Of a stretch of 64,000 nt of DNA, positions 42,603 through 53,453 are shown in pieces. The stretch's first letter is position 1. Every line of letters starts with the position of its first letter. The stretch is from contig CBDDEL010000016.1 in NCBI GenBank assembly GCA_965226885.1, positions 192,001 to 256,000 on the forward strand, in the 5' to 3' direction. The position numbers and the translations under genes are program-made. The DNA comes from Opitutales bacterium (GTDB lineage: Bacteria; Verrucomicrobiota; Verrucomicrobiia; Opitutales; UBA2987). The notes under the pieces are model-generated. The model saw nothing but the letters and a program-made list of their open reading frames with translations. It did no database searches and had not been told where the DNA came from.

Positions 42603-43895
42603 TCAGATGTCTTTCAGGTGTCGCGCCGCTCTGACAAACCTCTTGGCGGCTTCCTTCAACCGGTCGTCGGAAAGAACTCCGGCGCTTAAACGCACAAAAT
42701 TGAAAGGCGCCCCCTCGGCAAAACAAAGATCGCCGGGGACATAAAGCACCCCATCCGACAGGCAGGCATGGTAAAAGGGTGTGTCGAACCGTGTGTCGAA
42801 ACCATCCGGCGCTCTTGCCCAAAGCAGAAACCCGCCATCGGGGAAATCCCATGTCCAGCCCAGTTGACGCAATCCCGCCGCCTCCAGAGCATCGTTCAGA
42901 ATCTGCATTTTTCGGGCATAATGGGGGCGCAGGTTTCGCAAATACTGCTTATAGCGGCCATCCTCCAAAACCGTTTCGATAATCGCCTGGGTGAAGTTGG
43001 ACGTGCCGAAGTCCTGCTGGCCTTTAACATTGAGCATTTTCCCAAGCAATTGTGAATCCGTGCAGCAGGTGTAGCCCACCTTCAACCCGGTGGAAAAAGG
43101 CTTCGTAAATGTGCCCGCGTAGAGACAGGGCAGACCGGCAAATTCCGGTAGACCAATGATGCTGCGAGCCGCATGCGTCTCCTCGAAATAAAGATCCCGG
43201 TAGGCGGTATCCTCAATAACCGGCAGGGCAAAATCTAGTGTTTGCAGCAGATTGCCCAGATTTCTTTTATCTTCTTCAGGGATACATTGAGTGGATGGGT
43301 TGGCATGGTATGAAACCAGATAAACAGCTTTCAGGCGTTTCATATCTCCGCTCCGGCACAATCGATCGATGAGTGCGCGTAAGCCGTCGATGTCGATTCT
43401 GCCGTCCGGAAGCGAGGGTATGGAAACGGGTCGCACCCCAAGGCCTTTCAACACTTCCAGATAAACAAAGTAGGTCGGCTTTTCAACCAGCACAATGTCC
43501 CCGGGATCACAGAGAACCTGATCACAGAGAACCTGAGTTGCAATGTAAAGGGCTTGCTGGGACCCATTGGTGATGAGAACGCTGTTTTCATCCAATTCCA
43601 TGGATGGCTCGCCGGGGAAACTCTTGAGCAGCCCGACCACCGCGCGGCGCAATCCGGGGCGTCCCGAGTTGGTGCCGTATTGCAGGGTCTCCGAGCCGTC
43701 GGGCCGCTCGGCCAGCTCGGCCACGACCTGGTTGACCAAATCAAGTGGCAGCGCCATATTATCGGTGAACCCGGCGGCCAGGGAGAGAAGATGCGGGTTG
43801 CTCAAGGCATTGGCCATAAGATGCACTATGGCCGGATCGGTGAGTTGCTCTCCCAGGGTCGAGTAGCGCAACTGCCTGAGCGTTGTCTGTTCCAT
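42603..43895 (-). CDS. PLP-dependent class I aminotransferase (LysN/MocR-like) with in-frame QVLCD duplication
   Basis: [38 protein letters not shown]; 15-bp repeat at 43505-43534. Confidence 0.88.
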   Translation of the reverse strand: MEQTTLRQLRYSTLGEQLTDPAIVHLMANALSNPHLLSLAAGFTDNMALPLDLVNQVVAELAERPDGSETLQYGTNSGRPGLRRAVVGLLKSFPGEPSMELDENSVLITNGSQQALYIATQVLCDQVLCDPGDIVLVEKPTYFVYLEVLKGLGVRPVSIPSLPDGRIDIDGLRALIDRLCRSGDMKRLKAVYLVSYHANPSTQCIPEEDKRNLGNLLQTLDFALPVIEDTAYRDLYFEETHAARSIIGLPEFAGLPCLYAGTFTKPFSTGLKVGYTCCTDSQLLGKMLNVKGQQDFGTSNFTQAIIETVLEDGRYKQYLRNLRPHYARKMQILNDALEAAGLRQLGWTWDFPDGGFLLWARAPDGFDTRFDTPFYHACLSDGVLYVPGDLCFAEGAPFNFVRLSAGVLSDDRLKEAAKRFVRAARHLKDI

Positions 43896-44036
43896 AACCC
43901 CCGATCTAGGGAAAGGTAAGCTCAATTGGCAATCCTTATCGGGACGCCGCAGGGGAAAATTACGGATTGCCAGAGGGCGCAAAAAAGCTTGGTCTGCTTC
44001 ATGCGGAACATCCGCAAAAATCTAAAACTCGTTTTT

Positions 44037-44834
44037 ATGGAATCGCTGATTATCGTACCGGTCAGTTTCATCATTGCCTATGTATTATTGGGACTTTTCG
44101 CCCTTTTTTTATCCGACCGGATGATATTCCCGGCGCCCCCCTCCAGTTATTCCGATAACAGTCAAATCCTGAAAATTCCCCTCTCCAACGGGAATGTCAT
44201 TTCGGCCCTCTACCTGCCCAACCGCGATGCCAGGTTTCTGCTCCTCTACAGCCACGGCAACGCCGAAGACCTCGGCCACATTCTTCCCCATTTAAAGGAA
44301 TTTCATCAAAGGGGTTTTGCCGTCTTCGCTTACGATTATCCCGGTTATGGAACCAGCCAAGGCCACTCTAATGAGAAAATTGTTTTTGAATCCATCGACG
44401 CCGTTTATGAATTCATAACCGAAGATCTATCCGTGCCTGCCGCCTCCATTATCGGTTATGGCCGTTCTCTCGGGGGAGGTCCCACCGCCTACCTGGCGGC
44501 CAAAGAAAACCTGGGCGGAATCATCCTGGAAAGCACATTTGTGACCGCTTTTCGAGTCATGACAAAAGTTCCTATTCTCCCTTGGGACAAGTTTCGCAAT
44601 TTTAAATACTCCACTCATTTTACAAGCCACCTTCTCGTCATTCATGGAACGGAAGATGAGGTAATCTCATTCTGGCACGGGAAAAAACTTTTTGATCAGG
44701 CTCCACAGCCCAAATCCTATTTCTGGGTCGAAGCGGCCGGACACAACAACCTCCTCGATTTCGCCGGGCAGACTTACTGGGATACCATTGATGAATTCGC
44801 CAAAAATGTGGAAAATTTCCGTTCAAAAAAGTAG
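44037..44834 (+). CDS. Alpha/beta hydrolase (ABHD17-like)
   Basis: YSHGNAEDLG, YDYPGYG.S, GRSLG, IHGTEDEVI, AGHN. Confidence 0.9.
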   Translation: MESLIIVPVSFIIAYVLLGLFALFLSDRMIFPAPPSSYSDNSQILKIPLSNGNVISALYLPNRDARFLLLYSHGNAEDLGHILPHLKEFHQRGFAVFAYDYPGYGTSQGHSNEKIVFESIDAVYEFITEDLSVPAASIIGYGRSLGGGPTAYLAAKENLGGIILESTFVTAFRVMTKVPILPWDKFRNFKYSTHFTSHLLVIHGTEDEVISFWHGKKLFDQAPQPKSYFWVEAAGHNNLLDFAGQTYWDTIDEFAKNVENFRSKK

Positions 44835-44858
44835 TCTGTTTCCAGGGTAATTTAAGTT

Positions 44859-45416
44859 ATGGCCAATAAAACAGCGTTGGTTATATTAACCGATGGTTTC
44901 GAGGAAATGGAGGCCGTTGGCCCCATCGACCTCCTCCGGCGCGCCGGCATCGAGGTCGTCACTGCTTCACAAAGCGGTCGATTGCCGGTAACAGGCCGCA
45001 ACGGGATCACCATTCAAGCCAATGCCATCCTGGCCGAAGTCATGGACAACGATTACGACCTCATCGTCCTCCCCGGAGGTCCCGGCCATACACAATTGCG
45101 ATCCGATAAAAAAATTATCGAACGACTCCGCCACCAGGAATCTTCCGGCCGCCTAATAGGCGCGATATGCGCCGCCCCCGCCGTGCTCCACGAAGCAGGC
45201 CTGCTTGAGGGCAGACGCTACACCGCCCATTTCAGCGTGGAAAACGAATTGAAAGAAATTCAGTCAGACAAAGCCGTGGTAGTGGATAAGGGCATCATCA
45301 CATCCCGCGGAGCTGGCACGGCAACAGAGTTCGCCCTCGAATTGGTCAACCAATTAGCCGGCCCACAAACAGCCAAAGAAATCGCCCAAAGCATTCATCA
45401 TAGCCCGACCCTATAA
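44859..45416 (+). CDS. DJ-1/YajL family protein
   Basis: GFEEME, D.LRRAGI, LPGG.G, AICAAP, ITSRG.GTA..FAL. Confidence 0.92.
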   Translation: MANKTALVILTDGFEEMEAVGPIDLLRRAGIEVVTASQSGRLPVTGRNGITIQANAILAEVMDNDYDLIVLPGGPGHTQLRSDKKIIERLRHQESSGRLIGAICAAPAVLHEAGLLEGRRYTAHFSVENELKEIQSDKAVVVDKGIITSRGAGTATEFALELVNQLAGPQTAKEIAQSIHHSPTL

Positions 45417-45690
45417 CCACCTGAAATACTATCAGGCCGGACTATCGCTGGCGTGTAAAGCCAATGGGCAAACGTCTCAACTCGAAAAGGATTGACTATT
45501 TCGTGCAGGACTACAAAAAGTCACAACGGTCTTTCTCTATTACAGAGAAAAATTGAATCATTGAACGAAAATGACAGAAAATGACAGAAAATATGAAATT
45601 TTTAAGTAAGATCAAAACAGCTCTCGCCGAGGGCAAAAACGGATTGGGTATCTCTGATATATGCGATCTCGAATTTCGGGTTGACCAATT

Positions 45691-46479
45691 ATGACCGATT
45701 TCAGCCTTGCATCTAATGCCACAAATGTAAAGACAGCCCTCTTATTGGCCGCAGGAACAGGAACACGCCTTCAGCCGTTGACCCTGGATGCCCCCAAGTG
45801 CCTCACCGAGGTCGGAGGTATTTCTATCCTCGAACGGCTGGTTAACAATTTACGCGCGCAGAGTTTTGAGAGACTGGTAGTGGTGATCGGTCGCTTTGGT
45901 GATCGTATCCAGGAATTTCTGCAACAGCACACAGATGATATACGAGTTGATTACGTCACCAATCCAGACTACAGGACAACCAATAACATCTACTCTCTCT
46001 GGCTGGCCCGGGAGCAGATCCGGGAACCATTTTTGCTGGTGGAGAGTGACCTGGTTTTTGAGACCAGTATGCTGGACGACATGCTCCAACCTGACAAGAT
46101 AGCGATTTCCAGAATACTCCCCTGGATGAACGGCACCACGGTGGAGCTAGGGCTCGAAAGGTGTGTTACGGCTTTTCGCCCGGGCGGCAACAGGTTTGAT
46201 GATGCACTCCAGTACAAAACGGTCAATCTCTATAGCTTATCCCTTAATTCATGGAACAAGATTGGGGAAAGGTTAAACCGCTATGTCTTGGAAGGCAGGC
46301 TAAATGAGTATTACGAGGCCGTATTTACCGAGATGGTCGCTGATGGCACACTTTCTTTCGACGCGGTTCTCTTCGATCCAGACCGCTGGTATGAAATCGA
46401 TACCATAGCGAATCTGCGCGCGGCAGAGGATATGTTTGCGTACACCCCCGACCGCGATCCATTGCCAGCCGCTCACTGA
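45691..46479 (+). CDS. LicC-like (phosphocholine-type) cytidylyltransferase
   Basis: LLAAG.GTRL.PLT...PKCL, Y.TTNNIYSL, ESDLVF, WYEIDT. Confidence 0.82.
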   Translation: MTDFSLASNATNVKTALLLAAGTGTRLQPLTLDAPKCLTEVGGISILERLVNNLRAQSFERLVVVIGRFGDRIQEFLQQHTDDIRVDYVTNPDYRTTNNIYSLWLAREQIREPFLLVESDLVFETSMLDDMLQPDKIAISRILPWMNGTTVELGLERCVTAFRPGGNRFDDALQYKTVNLYSLSLNSWNKIGERLNRYVLEGRLNEYYEAVFTEMVADGTLSFDAVLFDPDRWYEIDTIANLRAAEDMFAYTPDRDPLPAAH

Positions 46480-46715
46480 TGGGTACCGAGCCGGTGACCA
46501 CCCATGCCTGAGAGCAAGCGCGCTTTTTTCAGTCAACCAGAATTGGGGGAACGTCAAGTCCTCGATTTTCGGGCCATAGATGATGAAAGGCTACGGTTTA
46601 CCGGTTCGTTCGGCGCTTGTTTGGTAGGGTGAAGTACTATGGGACCGTTCTCGATCTCGACAGTGGTGTTGGGTATTGGACCGATTGTTAAGGAGTAGAA
46701 TGTTCAGATAAACCT

Positions 46716-47390
46716 ATGGAAAAACCTCAAGGCAACTTTATCTATCGGAACCTGGCTAACGCAATATCGATTCTCGGTGTGCTGCCCCTGGCGTTGCTAT
46801 TCCTGGAAGATAGTTATCGTTATCTGATACCGTTAATCATTTTCAATAATGCGATGGACGACCTCGATGGCGTACTGGCTGCCAAGTTGAATATTCGCAG
46901 CCGGTTCGGGGCCGATCTCGACAATGTCTGCGATGCAGTCGCCCATGCGGCCCTGGTCTTGGCGGTAGGCGTACATTTCGGCGGACTGGTCTTGATGATG
47001 AGTTTGATCGCTGGGGCTTCTATCATTCTTCGTATAACTGCCCGATGCAATCCTGAAGGGCAGACCGGCAATGGTTCGCCGACCAATGAGCTCATGCGCC
47101 ACATGCTGTTCGTCCTCCTGTTGACCAAAATGCTTAATGTTGATCCTGGGGTTTATCTTGTTCTGATATTTATATTACATTCGGTGACGATGATTGTGCC
47201 GTTCAAGTTAAAAGTACTTATTCGAAGGCTGGCCAAGACTGCCACTGCGGTGGCTTTTGTGAACATGGCGCTGGTGGTGGCATGGCTCATACCGGCCGTT
47301 TCGCCACTTATAGCAGCGTCCTTTATCACCACTTACTTGTATTCTTTTATCGTTGGAGGGGGGCAATGGCTAAAAGCACGGGAGAACTAG
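46716..47390 (+). CDS. CDP-alcohol phosphatidyltransferase family protein
   Basis: AN.IS, DDLDGVLA...S.FGADLDNVCD signature; hydrophobic. Confidence 0.85.
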   Translation: MEKPQGNFIYRNLANAISILGVLPLALLFLEDSYRYLIPLIIFNNAMDDLDGVLAAKLNIRSRFGADLDNVCDAVAHAALVLAVGVHFGGLVLMMSLIAGASIILRITARCNPEGQTGNGSPTNELMRHMLFVLLLTKMLNVDPGVYLVLIFILHSVTMIVPFKLKVLIRRLAKTATAVAFVNMALVVAWLIPAVSPLIAASFITTYLYSFIVGGGQWLKAREN

Positions 47391-47441
47391 AACTAACGTG
47401 CCTGGATTTAATGCCCGGAGGGCAAAACCTTTTCTAAGGTT

Positions 47442-50400
47442 TCAGGAGGGATTGGCTGGCGATGGGTTTTCGGTTTCCGCGCCGAGTAGTTGTTCTCCAG
47501 CGCCTACCGGCTCGTAGGGGTCTTCCCAATTTACTTCCTTGTGGTAGCGCAGGCCGTAAAATTTGGAGATCAGGAATTTGAAGTCTTCCAATATGAGATA
47601 GTTGATGGGTACCAGAAAGAGAGTAATAACGGTGGCGAACAGGATGCCGAAGCCCAGCGACACGGCCATCGGAATCAGGAATTGGGCCTGGGTGGATTTT
47701 TCAAAAATAAGGGGCAGCAACCCGGAAAAAGTGGTCAGTGAGGTTAACAAAATAGCCCGGAACCGAACCACTCCGGCCGACCGCACAGCGGTCAACAGCG
47801 GCTGTTTATCCTTGCGCCCTTGGTTGACGAAATGCACCATGACGAGGGAGTCGTTGACCACCACGCCAGCCAACGCGAGCATTCCAAAGATGCTGAAAAA
47901 GCTCAAATTCATGCCCATCAGGATGTGCCCGAGGACGGCCCCCACCAACCCGAATGGTATGACCGACATGACGATGAGGGGCTGGATATAGGAGCGAAAG
48001 GGTATGGCCATCAAACCGTAAAGGGCGAACGCCACAAAGACAATGCCGCCAATAAAACTGCTGGTGGAATCCCGCTGGTCGCGCGCTTCACCCTCGAAAG
48101 TCCAGTAAACGCCAGGATAATCCAGCACAATATAGTCTAAATACACGCTTAATTTAGCCCTCAACTCATCCAAGTCCACCCATTCCTTGTTAACGTCGGC
48201 CGTCACATTGATGGTGCGGTTGCGGTCGATACGCCGAATGGTGGAAAACCCTCGCCCGCGGGTGGCTTCCGCTACCGTGGAAAAAGGAACCTCCGCTCCA
48301 TCCGGGGTGCGTATGCGCATGGTTTCCAAACTAGCCAGGGAGCGCCGCTCTTCTCCCGTATAACGCACCATGACGCGTATATCCTCACGTCCACGTGGTA
48401 TTCTCTGGGCTTCGTCGCCATAAAATGCCTGGCGCACCTGCCGGGCCAAGTCGGACATGGTCAGGCCCAGATTTTCAGCTTCCGGCTTGATGCTCAGTTT
48501 GATTTCCTGTTTGCCATCCTGAAAATTATCCATGATGTCGTAAACATTGGGATATTTGGCCAGTTCCTCCTTTATTTGATCGGCCATGAGGGAGAGGATT
48601 TCAAAACTGGGCCCCGTTAACTGCACGTCGATGGGGTCACCGCTACGCCCGAATTCGGCACGGAAATTCTGTTCCTGGGCGCCAGGCACGACCCCGATCA
48701 TTTTTCGCCATTCATTGACCAAGTCCCGGCTGGTGATATCGGTCTGGCGTTCTTCCGGTGGGGTTATCGAGAAAACCACTTCTCCCATATGGGGCCGGCC
48801 CCCGCGGGTGGCGCCGGTGCCCCCAATGGTAGTCAATATGTTTTCGACCACGCTATCGCCGGTTTTCGCATCCCGGTATTTATCCTGTAATTGCTGGGCC
48901 GCCTTTTCCATCCGGTTGATATGGGGAGCAGTCACCTCGATGGGAGTGCCCAGCGGCATAAACAACCTGGCGGTGGCCCGTTCGCTTTGAATGCGGGGAA
49001 ACGGAATGTATTGAACATTACCGCTCTGCACAAGGCCCCAGGTGATAATAAAGGTACCTAGAAAAATAGAGAGGGTGAGATAACGCCGCCTCAAGGCTCT
49101 TTCCAACATGGGCCGGTAATAAATGATAACAAACCTTTCCAAGCCATCGGCGAACCTGCGTTGAAACCGGGACAAAAAATTAAGTTCACTTCTTTTTCGG
49201 CCCGTTTTCATGTGCGCCAGGTGGGACGGTAGGATCAGTTTGGACTCCACCAGCGAAAAGAAGAGCACTGGAATTACAATCAAGGGTATCTGGGCAATGA
49301 ACTGACCTCGGCGGCCCTCAATCCCGGTCAGCGGTAAAAACGCGACCATGGTAGTGAGAATGCCAAAGGTAACCGGTATGGCCACGGCTTGCGTGCCGCG
49401 AATGGCCGCCTGCAGGGACTTCTCCCCTGCCTGCATGTGCCGGAAGACATTTTCCCCCGTCACGATGGCATCGTCCACCACAATGCCCAGGACCAAAATA
49501 AAGGCGAACAGGCTTAAGATATTTATGGTTATTCCAATCAGCGGCATCATGGCGATGGAACCCAGAAAAGAGATCGGGATACCCAGGCAAACCCAGATGG
49601 AAAGGGAGAGGCGCAGGAAGAGCGTGAGCACCACGAAGACCAGGATGCCACCAAACATGGCGCTGTTCAAAAGAGTGGAAAGGCGCGCCTTGATGATTTT
49701 CGAGCGGTCCCGCCAGAATGATAATTCGACTCCCGGAGGCATCCGCCCCTGCGCTTTTTGAATATATTCCTTGACCTGGTCAGCCACCGAAATGGCGTTT
49801 TGGGCGCCCACCCGGTAAACCCCAATGACCACCGCCGGTTTCCCGTTAAATCGCACAATTAATGGGTCTTCCTCGAAGCCATCGGTTATTTTGGCCACCT
49901 CTCCAAGGGTAATATGAGTGCCGTCCTCGGTGCTCAAGAGGACGATTTTTTCAAAATCCTCCTGATAATATGCCTGCCCCTTGGTGCGCAAAAGGATTTC
50001 TCCTTCCGTAGTTTTTATGGAACCGGCCGACAGGTCGATGGAGGAGCGGCTGACTGCCCGGCTGACATCGTCAAAAGTAAGCCTATACTGTTGCAGGGTT
50101 TCCTCGGAAACCTCGATGGAAATCTCATAAGAGCGTATGCCGCCAAGCTCCACCTGGGTGATTCCCGGCAGGTTGGCTATTTCGTCGCGCACCTGCTCGC
50201 CCATGCGCCGTAGCTCGTGCTCGGAAAGATTTCCCGACACCGTCACCGTGATGACTTCCCTTCGCCTCTGGGCCAGCCGGATGCGGGGCCTTTCCGTTTC
50301 ATTGGGAAAGGTGTTGATGGCGTCGATCCGATTTTTCAAATCCTCCAGTAGTTCGCGGGGCTCATAACCCTTTTCCACCACCACCGAGACTCTACCCGAA

Positions 50401-50666
50401 CCTTCGGAGGCCGTGGAGTGCATCTCTTTAATCCCCTCGAGGTCCTGAATGGCTTCCTCGACCCGCACCACCACGCCCTCTTCCACTTCCGCAGGGGTGG
50501 CCCCCCGATAAGGGACCGATATAGTGACGATATCCGTTTCGATATCAGGAAAAACCTCGATGGGAATTTTATTAACGAGCGCATTGATCCCCAAAATGAC
50601 GATCAGGACCATCAGCAGATTGGCCGCCACTCCGTTTTGGGCGAACCAGGCGATCACATTTTTCAT
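47442..50666 (-). CDS. RND efflux transporter permease (AcrB family)
   Basis: 1074 aa, LGIVVDDAIV.GEN, GVVVNDSLV, RFRAILLTSLTT. Confidence 0.95.
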   Translation of the reverse strand: MKNVIAWFAQNGVAANLLMVLIVILGINALVNKIPIEVFPDIETDIVTISVPYRGATPAEVEEGVVVRVEEAIQDLEGIKEMHSTASEGSGRVSVVVEKGYEPRELLEDLKNRIDAINTFPNETERPRIRLAQRRREVITVTVSGNLSEHELRRMGEQVRDEIANLPGITQVELGGIRSYEISIEVSEETLQQYRLTFDDVSRAVSRSSIDLSAGSIKTTEGEILLRTKGQAYYQEDFEKIVLLSTEDGTHITLGEVAKITDGFEEDPLIVRFNGKPAVVIGVYRVGAQNAISVADQVKEYIQKAQGRMPPGVELSFWRDRSKIIKARLSTLLNSAMFGGILVFVVLTLFLRLSLSIWVCLGIPISFLGSIAMMPLIGITINILSLFAFILVLGIVVDDAIVTGENVFRHMQAGEKSLQAAIRGTQAVAIPVTFGILTTMVAFLPLTGIEGRRGQFIAQIPLIVIPVLFFSLVESKLILPSHLAHMKTGRKRSELNFLSRFQRRFADGLERFVIIYYRPMLERALRRRYLTLSIFLGTFIITWGLVQSGNVQYIPFPRIQSERATARLFMPLGTPIEVTAPHINRMEKAAQQLQDKYRDAKTGDSVVENILTTIGGTGATRGGRPHMGEVVFSITPPEERQTDITSRDLVNEWRKMIGVVPGAQEQNFRAEFGRSGDPIDVQLTGPSFEILSLMADQIKEELAKYPNVYDIMDNFQDGKQEIKLSIKPEAENLGLTMSDLARQVRQAFYGDEAQRIPRGREDIRVMVRYTGEERRSLASLETMRIRTPDGAEVPFSTVAEATRGRGFSTIRRIDRNRTINVTADVNKEWVDLDELRAKLSVYLDYIVLDYPGVYWTFEGEARDQRDSTSSFIGGIVFVAFALYGLMAIPFRSYIQPLIVMSVIPFGLVGAVLGHILMGMNLSFFSIFGMLALAGVVVNDSLVMVHFVNQGRKDKQPLLTAVRSAGVVRFRAILLTSLTTFSGLLPLIFEKSTQAQFLIPMAVSLGFGILFATVITLFLVPINYLILEDFKFLISKFYGLRYHKEVNWEDPYEPVGAGEQLLGAETENPSPANPS

Positions 50667-51919
50667 GAAGGTCCCTTACCTTTTCCTTTTCGCTGGCCGA
50701 CGATTTTCCCATTGCGTGGAACTCCTTCGGGTTCAGCCACCGCCTCGGCCTGTATGTGCGGTTTGACCCCAGCGCCGTCTGCCGCAAAGGGCAAAGGAGT
50801 CAGGCAAAGCAGATCTCCATTTTTCAGGGAATCGCCCACGACAATGTTTTGGCGATCGCTCCAGAGGATATCGACCGTACGCCTTGACAATCGATCTTCT
50901 TTGTCAATGAGGAGCAAATCGCGGCCCTCCCGCAAGGCTGACCGAGGCACCACGAAAACATCTTTCATGGTCTTGCCCTCGATTTCCGCTTTGACGAACA
51001 TGCCGACTTTCAAAGGGGGTTGGTTATTTTGCGAACGGCCATAGGGGTTTTTCACCTGCGCCACCACATAAAGTTGCCGGTTGCGGGTATCAATGGCCCC
51101 GGCAGTCCGCACGATGTTTCCCTTCCAGGTATATTCCTGATCGCCGAAGCGAGCTTTTAAAATAACTTCGGGTCGCGCTCTTCCCTCCCCCTCCGCAGCC
51201 GGTTCGCCGCGGTAAAGCTCGGGCAGGTTGATGAAGGAGAGCTGCCGATTGCTCAAAGGGAGACGAATCTCCGCATAATCAACAGCATAAATCTGGGCCA
51301 ACACGGTTCCCGGCGTGACATACTGGCCCACATCGACCCGTTTTTCCAATATTCTGCCAGCATAAGGGGCTCTTATTAGGGTGCGTTCCATATCGCGCTC
51401 AGCCTCTTCTACCTTGGCCTCTGCCGACTTGGCCGATTGCTTGGCTTCGATCAGTTGCGGTTTGCGCAGAACGAGCGGCCTCGGCTCCTCGCCCGAACCC
51501 AGTTTTTCCCAATCTCTGAAGGCCTGCTCGACGCGTGCTTCTTCCTCGGCCAGCCGGAGCCGCGCCTGGGCCAGGACCGCTTTCGCCACGGTGAGGGCCG
51601 TCCCATAATCACGGTTATCAATTTTTAACAGGATATCTCCCTTTTCAAAAAATTCGCCGCTGCGAAAGGCGGGCGAAATCTCCATAATGCTGCCCGATAC
51701 CTCCGGTATGAGAGTGCTCTCCGTGCGCGCCATGACCGTTCCCTGGCTCTCCAGAATGACTGTAAAATCCCTTTTCTGCAGCCGAACGGCCTCGACCCTG
51801 GATGTGAACTGTGGCGGTTCCCGGCGCTCCGGCTCTTCCACTAATACGATCATCCAAAAGGTTATCGACCCACAAACCGCCAGAATGATTACCGGCAGAA
51901 ATATTCTCAGTATTTTCAT
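50663..51919 (-). CDS. RND periplasmic adaptor (MFP)
   Basis: EVSG.I, GD.L..ID, IRAPY.G, G.FV.A.I, VPRSAL. Confidence 0.92.
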   Translation of the reverse strand: MKILRIFLPVIILAVCGSITFWMIVLVEEPERREPPQFTSRVEAVRLQKRDFTVILESQGTVMARTESTLIPEVSGSIMEISPAFRSGEFFEKGDILLKIDNRDYGTALTVAKAVLAQARLRLAEEEARVEQAFRDWEKLGSGEEPRPLVLRKPQLIEAKQSAKSAEAKVEEAERDMERTLIRAPYAGRILEKRVDVGQYVTPGTVLAQIYAVDYAEIRLPLSNRQLSFINLPELYRGEPAAEGEGRARPEVILKARFGDQEYTWKGNIVRTAGAIDTRNRQLYVVAQVKNPYGRSQNNQPPLKVGMFVKAEIEGKTMKDVFVVPRSALREGRDLLLIDKEDRLSRRTVDILWSDRQNIVVGDSLKNGDLLCLTPLPFAADGAGVKPHIQAEAVAEPEGVPRNGKIVGQRKGKGKGPS

Positions 51920-51986
51920 TTGAATTTGCGAACCGCCCAAATTAACACGAGCCGGCGGCCAACTGGATGTTTAACCGTATTCGATT

Positions 51987-53453
51987 TTATAAAGGGGGTT
52001 TTTCTGTGTTTTCAACCGATGCCACGGCAGCCATTCCGCCATTGGTGGCGTCCACGGCCACGGTATCGAAATTGCCGCCCAGGGCGAGGTAGAGATTGAT
52101 TCGATTTTGCAATCGCTCGTTGATGATTTGCAAGTGCTGCCGCCGTGAATTGAAAGAACGTCTTTGCGCTTCCAAAACGGTGATGATATTGTCGAGACCG
52201 GCCTGGTAGGCATCCCAGGCCAGTTGCTCCGCCTCGATCGACTCCTCTGAGGCGGTTTCAAGCGCCTTTTCCTGGTCGGCCAGGAATTTTTCCGCCGCCA
52301 GGGCACTTTCCACTTCGCGAAAGGCGGTCAGTGCGCTGTTGGCGAAATCGGCCAGGGCTTGGTCCCTCAAAGCTTTGAAGCGCTTGGCATTGGCTTTCAG
52401 GCGTCGGCCCTGAAAAATCGGCTGGGCGATGTTGGCCCCCAGATTCCAGACCTTAAAATCCATATTCAGCAATTCGTCGAATTCGTTCGTGCTGGTCCCA
52501 CCGCCACTGGTCAGGCTGAGGCTGGGGAGCATATTCTTGCGGGATTCTTTCAACCGAAAACCGGATGCAGCGAAGCGCCGTTCCGCCGCCACAATGTCCG
52601 GGCGCCGTTGCAGAAGGTCGGAGGGAAGCCCCGCCGGGACCGCCTTATTGATCGCGGGCAGATCGGTTGCCGCTTTTATTTGGCTGGCCGGGTAGCGACC
52701 GAGGAGCACCTCCAGGTTGCGCGTGGAGACATCCCTCTGGCGATAGCGCGAATGCAGGGAGCTGCGGGCGCCGGCCACATTGGCCCGCGTCAGGCGCACA
52801 TCGAGAGCCTTGTTCAGTCCGGAGCGAAAACGTTGCTCGATGGTGGCCAGATTGTCCTCGAAACTTTTCAAAGTCCCACTTGCCAAGCGAACCTGTAGTT
52901 CGGCTTCGAGCACATCGAACCAGGCCTTGGCGGTTTGCGCGGCCAGGGAGAGGCGGGCGGCCTCGTAATTCTCCTGGGCAGCCTGCCAGTCGCCCACGGA
53001 GGCTTTGTGTCGAGCGCGTAGCTTCCCCCAAACATCGATCTCCCAATTCATACTCAGGCCGAGGTTGAAGCTATCAGAGCGGCTGCTCGTGATGGCGAAC
53101 CCGCTGGTGCCCGAACGTGTGCGGCGAGCCCCGCTGAGAGAGCCGAAAATCTGCGGAAAACGATTCGCCCCGGAAATGGTGGCGGCCGCCCGGGCTACTT
53201 CCAGACGGGCTGCCGAAGCTTGCAAATCGTAGTTATGCTCGATCGCTTCGGCCACCATACGGGGCAGCACTGAATCGTCGAAATCGTTGAGCCAGCCACT
53301 GTTAAAATCAGCTTTGATTGTTTCCCCGGCGGCGCTCCAAGCCATTGGCGTTTTCACTTCGAGCTTGTCCGACTGGTCGGCAGGCGGCGTCAGACAACTT
53401 GTCAAAGTCACTGTGGATGCCAGGGCAATTGTATTAAAAATTTTATCGTTCAT
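51987..53453 (-). CDS. Outer membrane efflux lipoprotein (NodT/OprM family)
   Basis: LTSC lipobox, WEIDVWGK, GLPSDLLQRRPD, LYLALGG. Confidence 0.94.
   Translation of the reverse strand: MNDKIFNTIALASTVTLTSCLTPPADQSDKLEVKTPMAWSAAGETIKADFNSGWLNDFDDSVLPRMVAEAIEHNYDLQASAARLEVARAAATISGANRFPQIFGSLSGARRTRSGTSGFAITSSRSDSFNLGLSMNWEIDVWGKLRARHKASVGDWQAAQENYEAARLSLAAQTAKAWFDVLEAELQVRLASGTLKSFEDNLATIEQRFRSGLNKALDVRLTRANVAGARSSLHSRYRQRDVSTRNLEVLLGRYPASQIKAATDLPAINKAVPAGLPSDLLQRRPDIVAAERRFAASGFRLKESRKNMLPSLSLTSGGGTSTNEFDELLNMDFKVWNLGANIAQPIFQGRRLKANAKRFKALRDQALADFANSALTAFREVESALAAEKFLADQEKALETASEESIEAEQLAWDAYQAGLDNIITVLEAQRRSFNSRRQHLQIINERLQNRINLYLALGGNFDTVAVDATNGGMAAVASVENTEKPPL

Noticed and set aside
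42562..42852. N-terminal extension of ugd (and of the 40347-41324 ORF)
   Set aside because: Extensions overlap neighbouring real genes; family-typical starts are at 42561 and 41093
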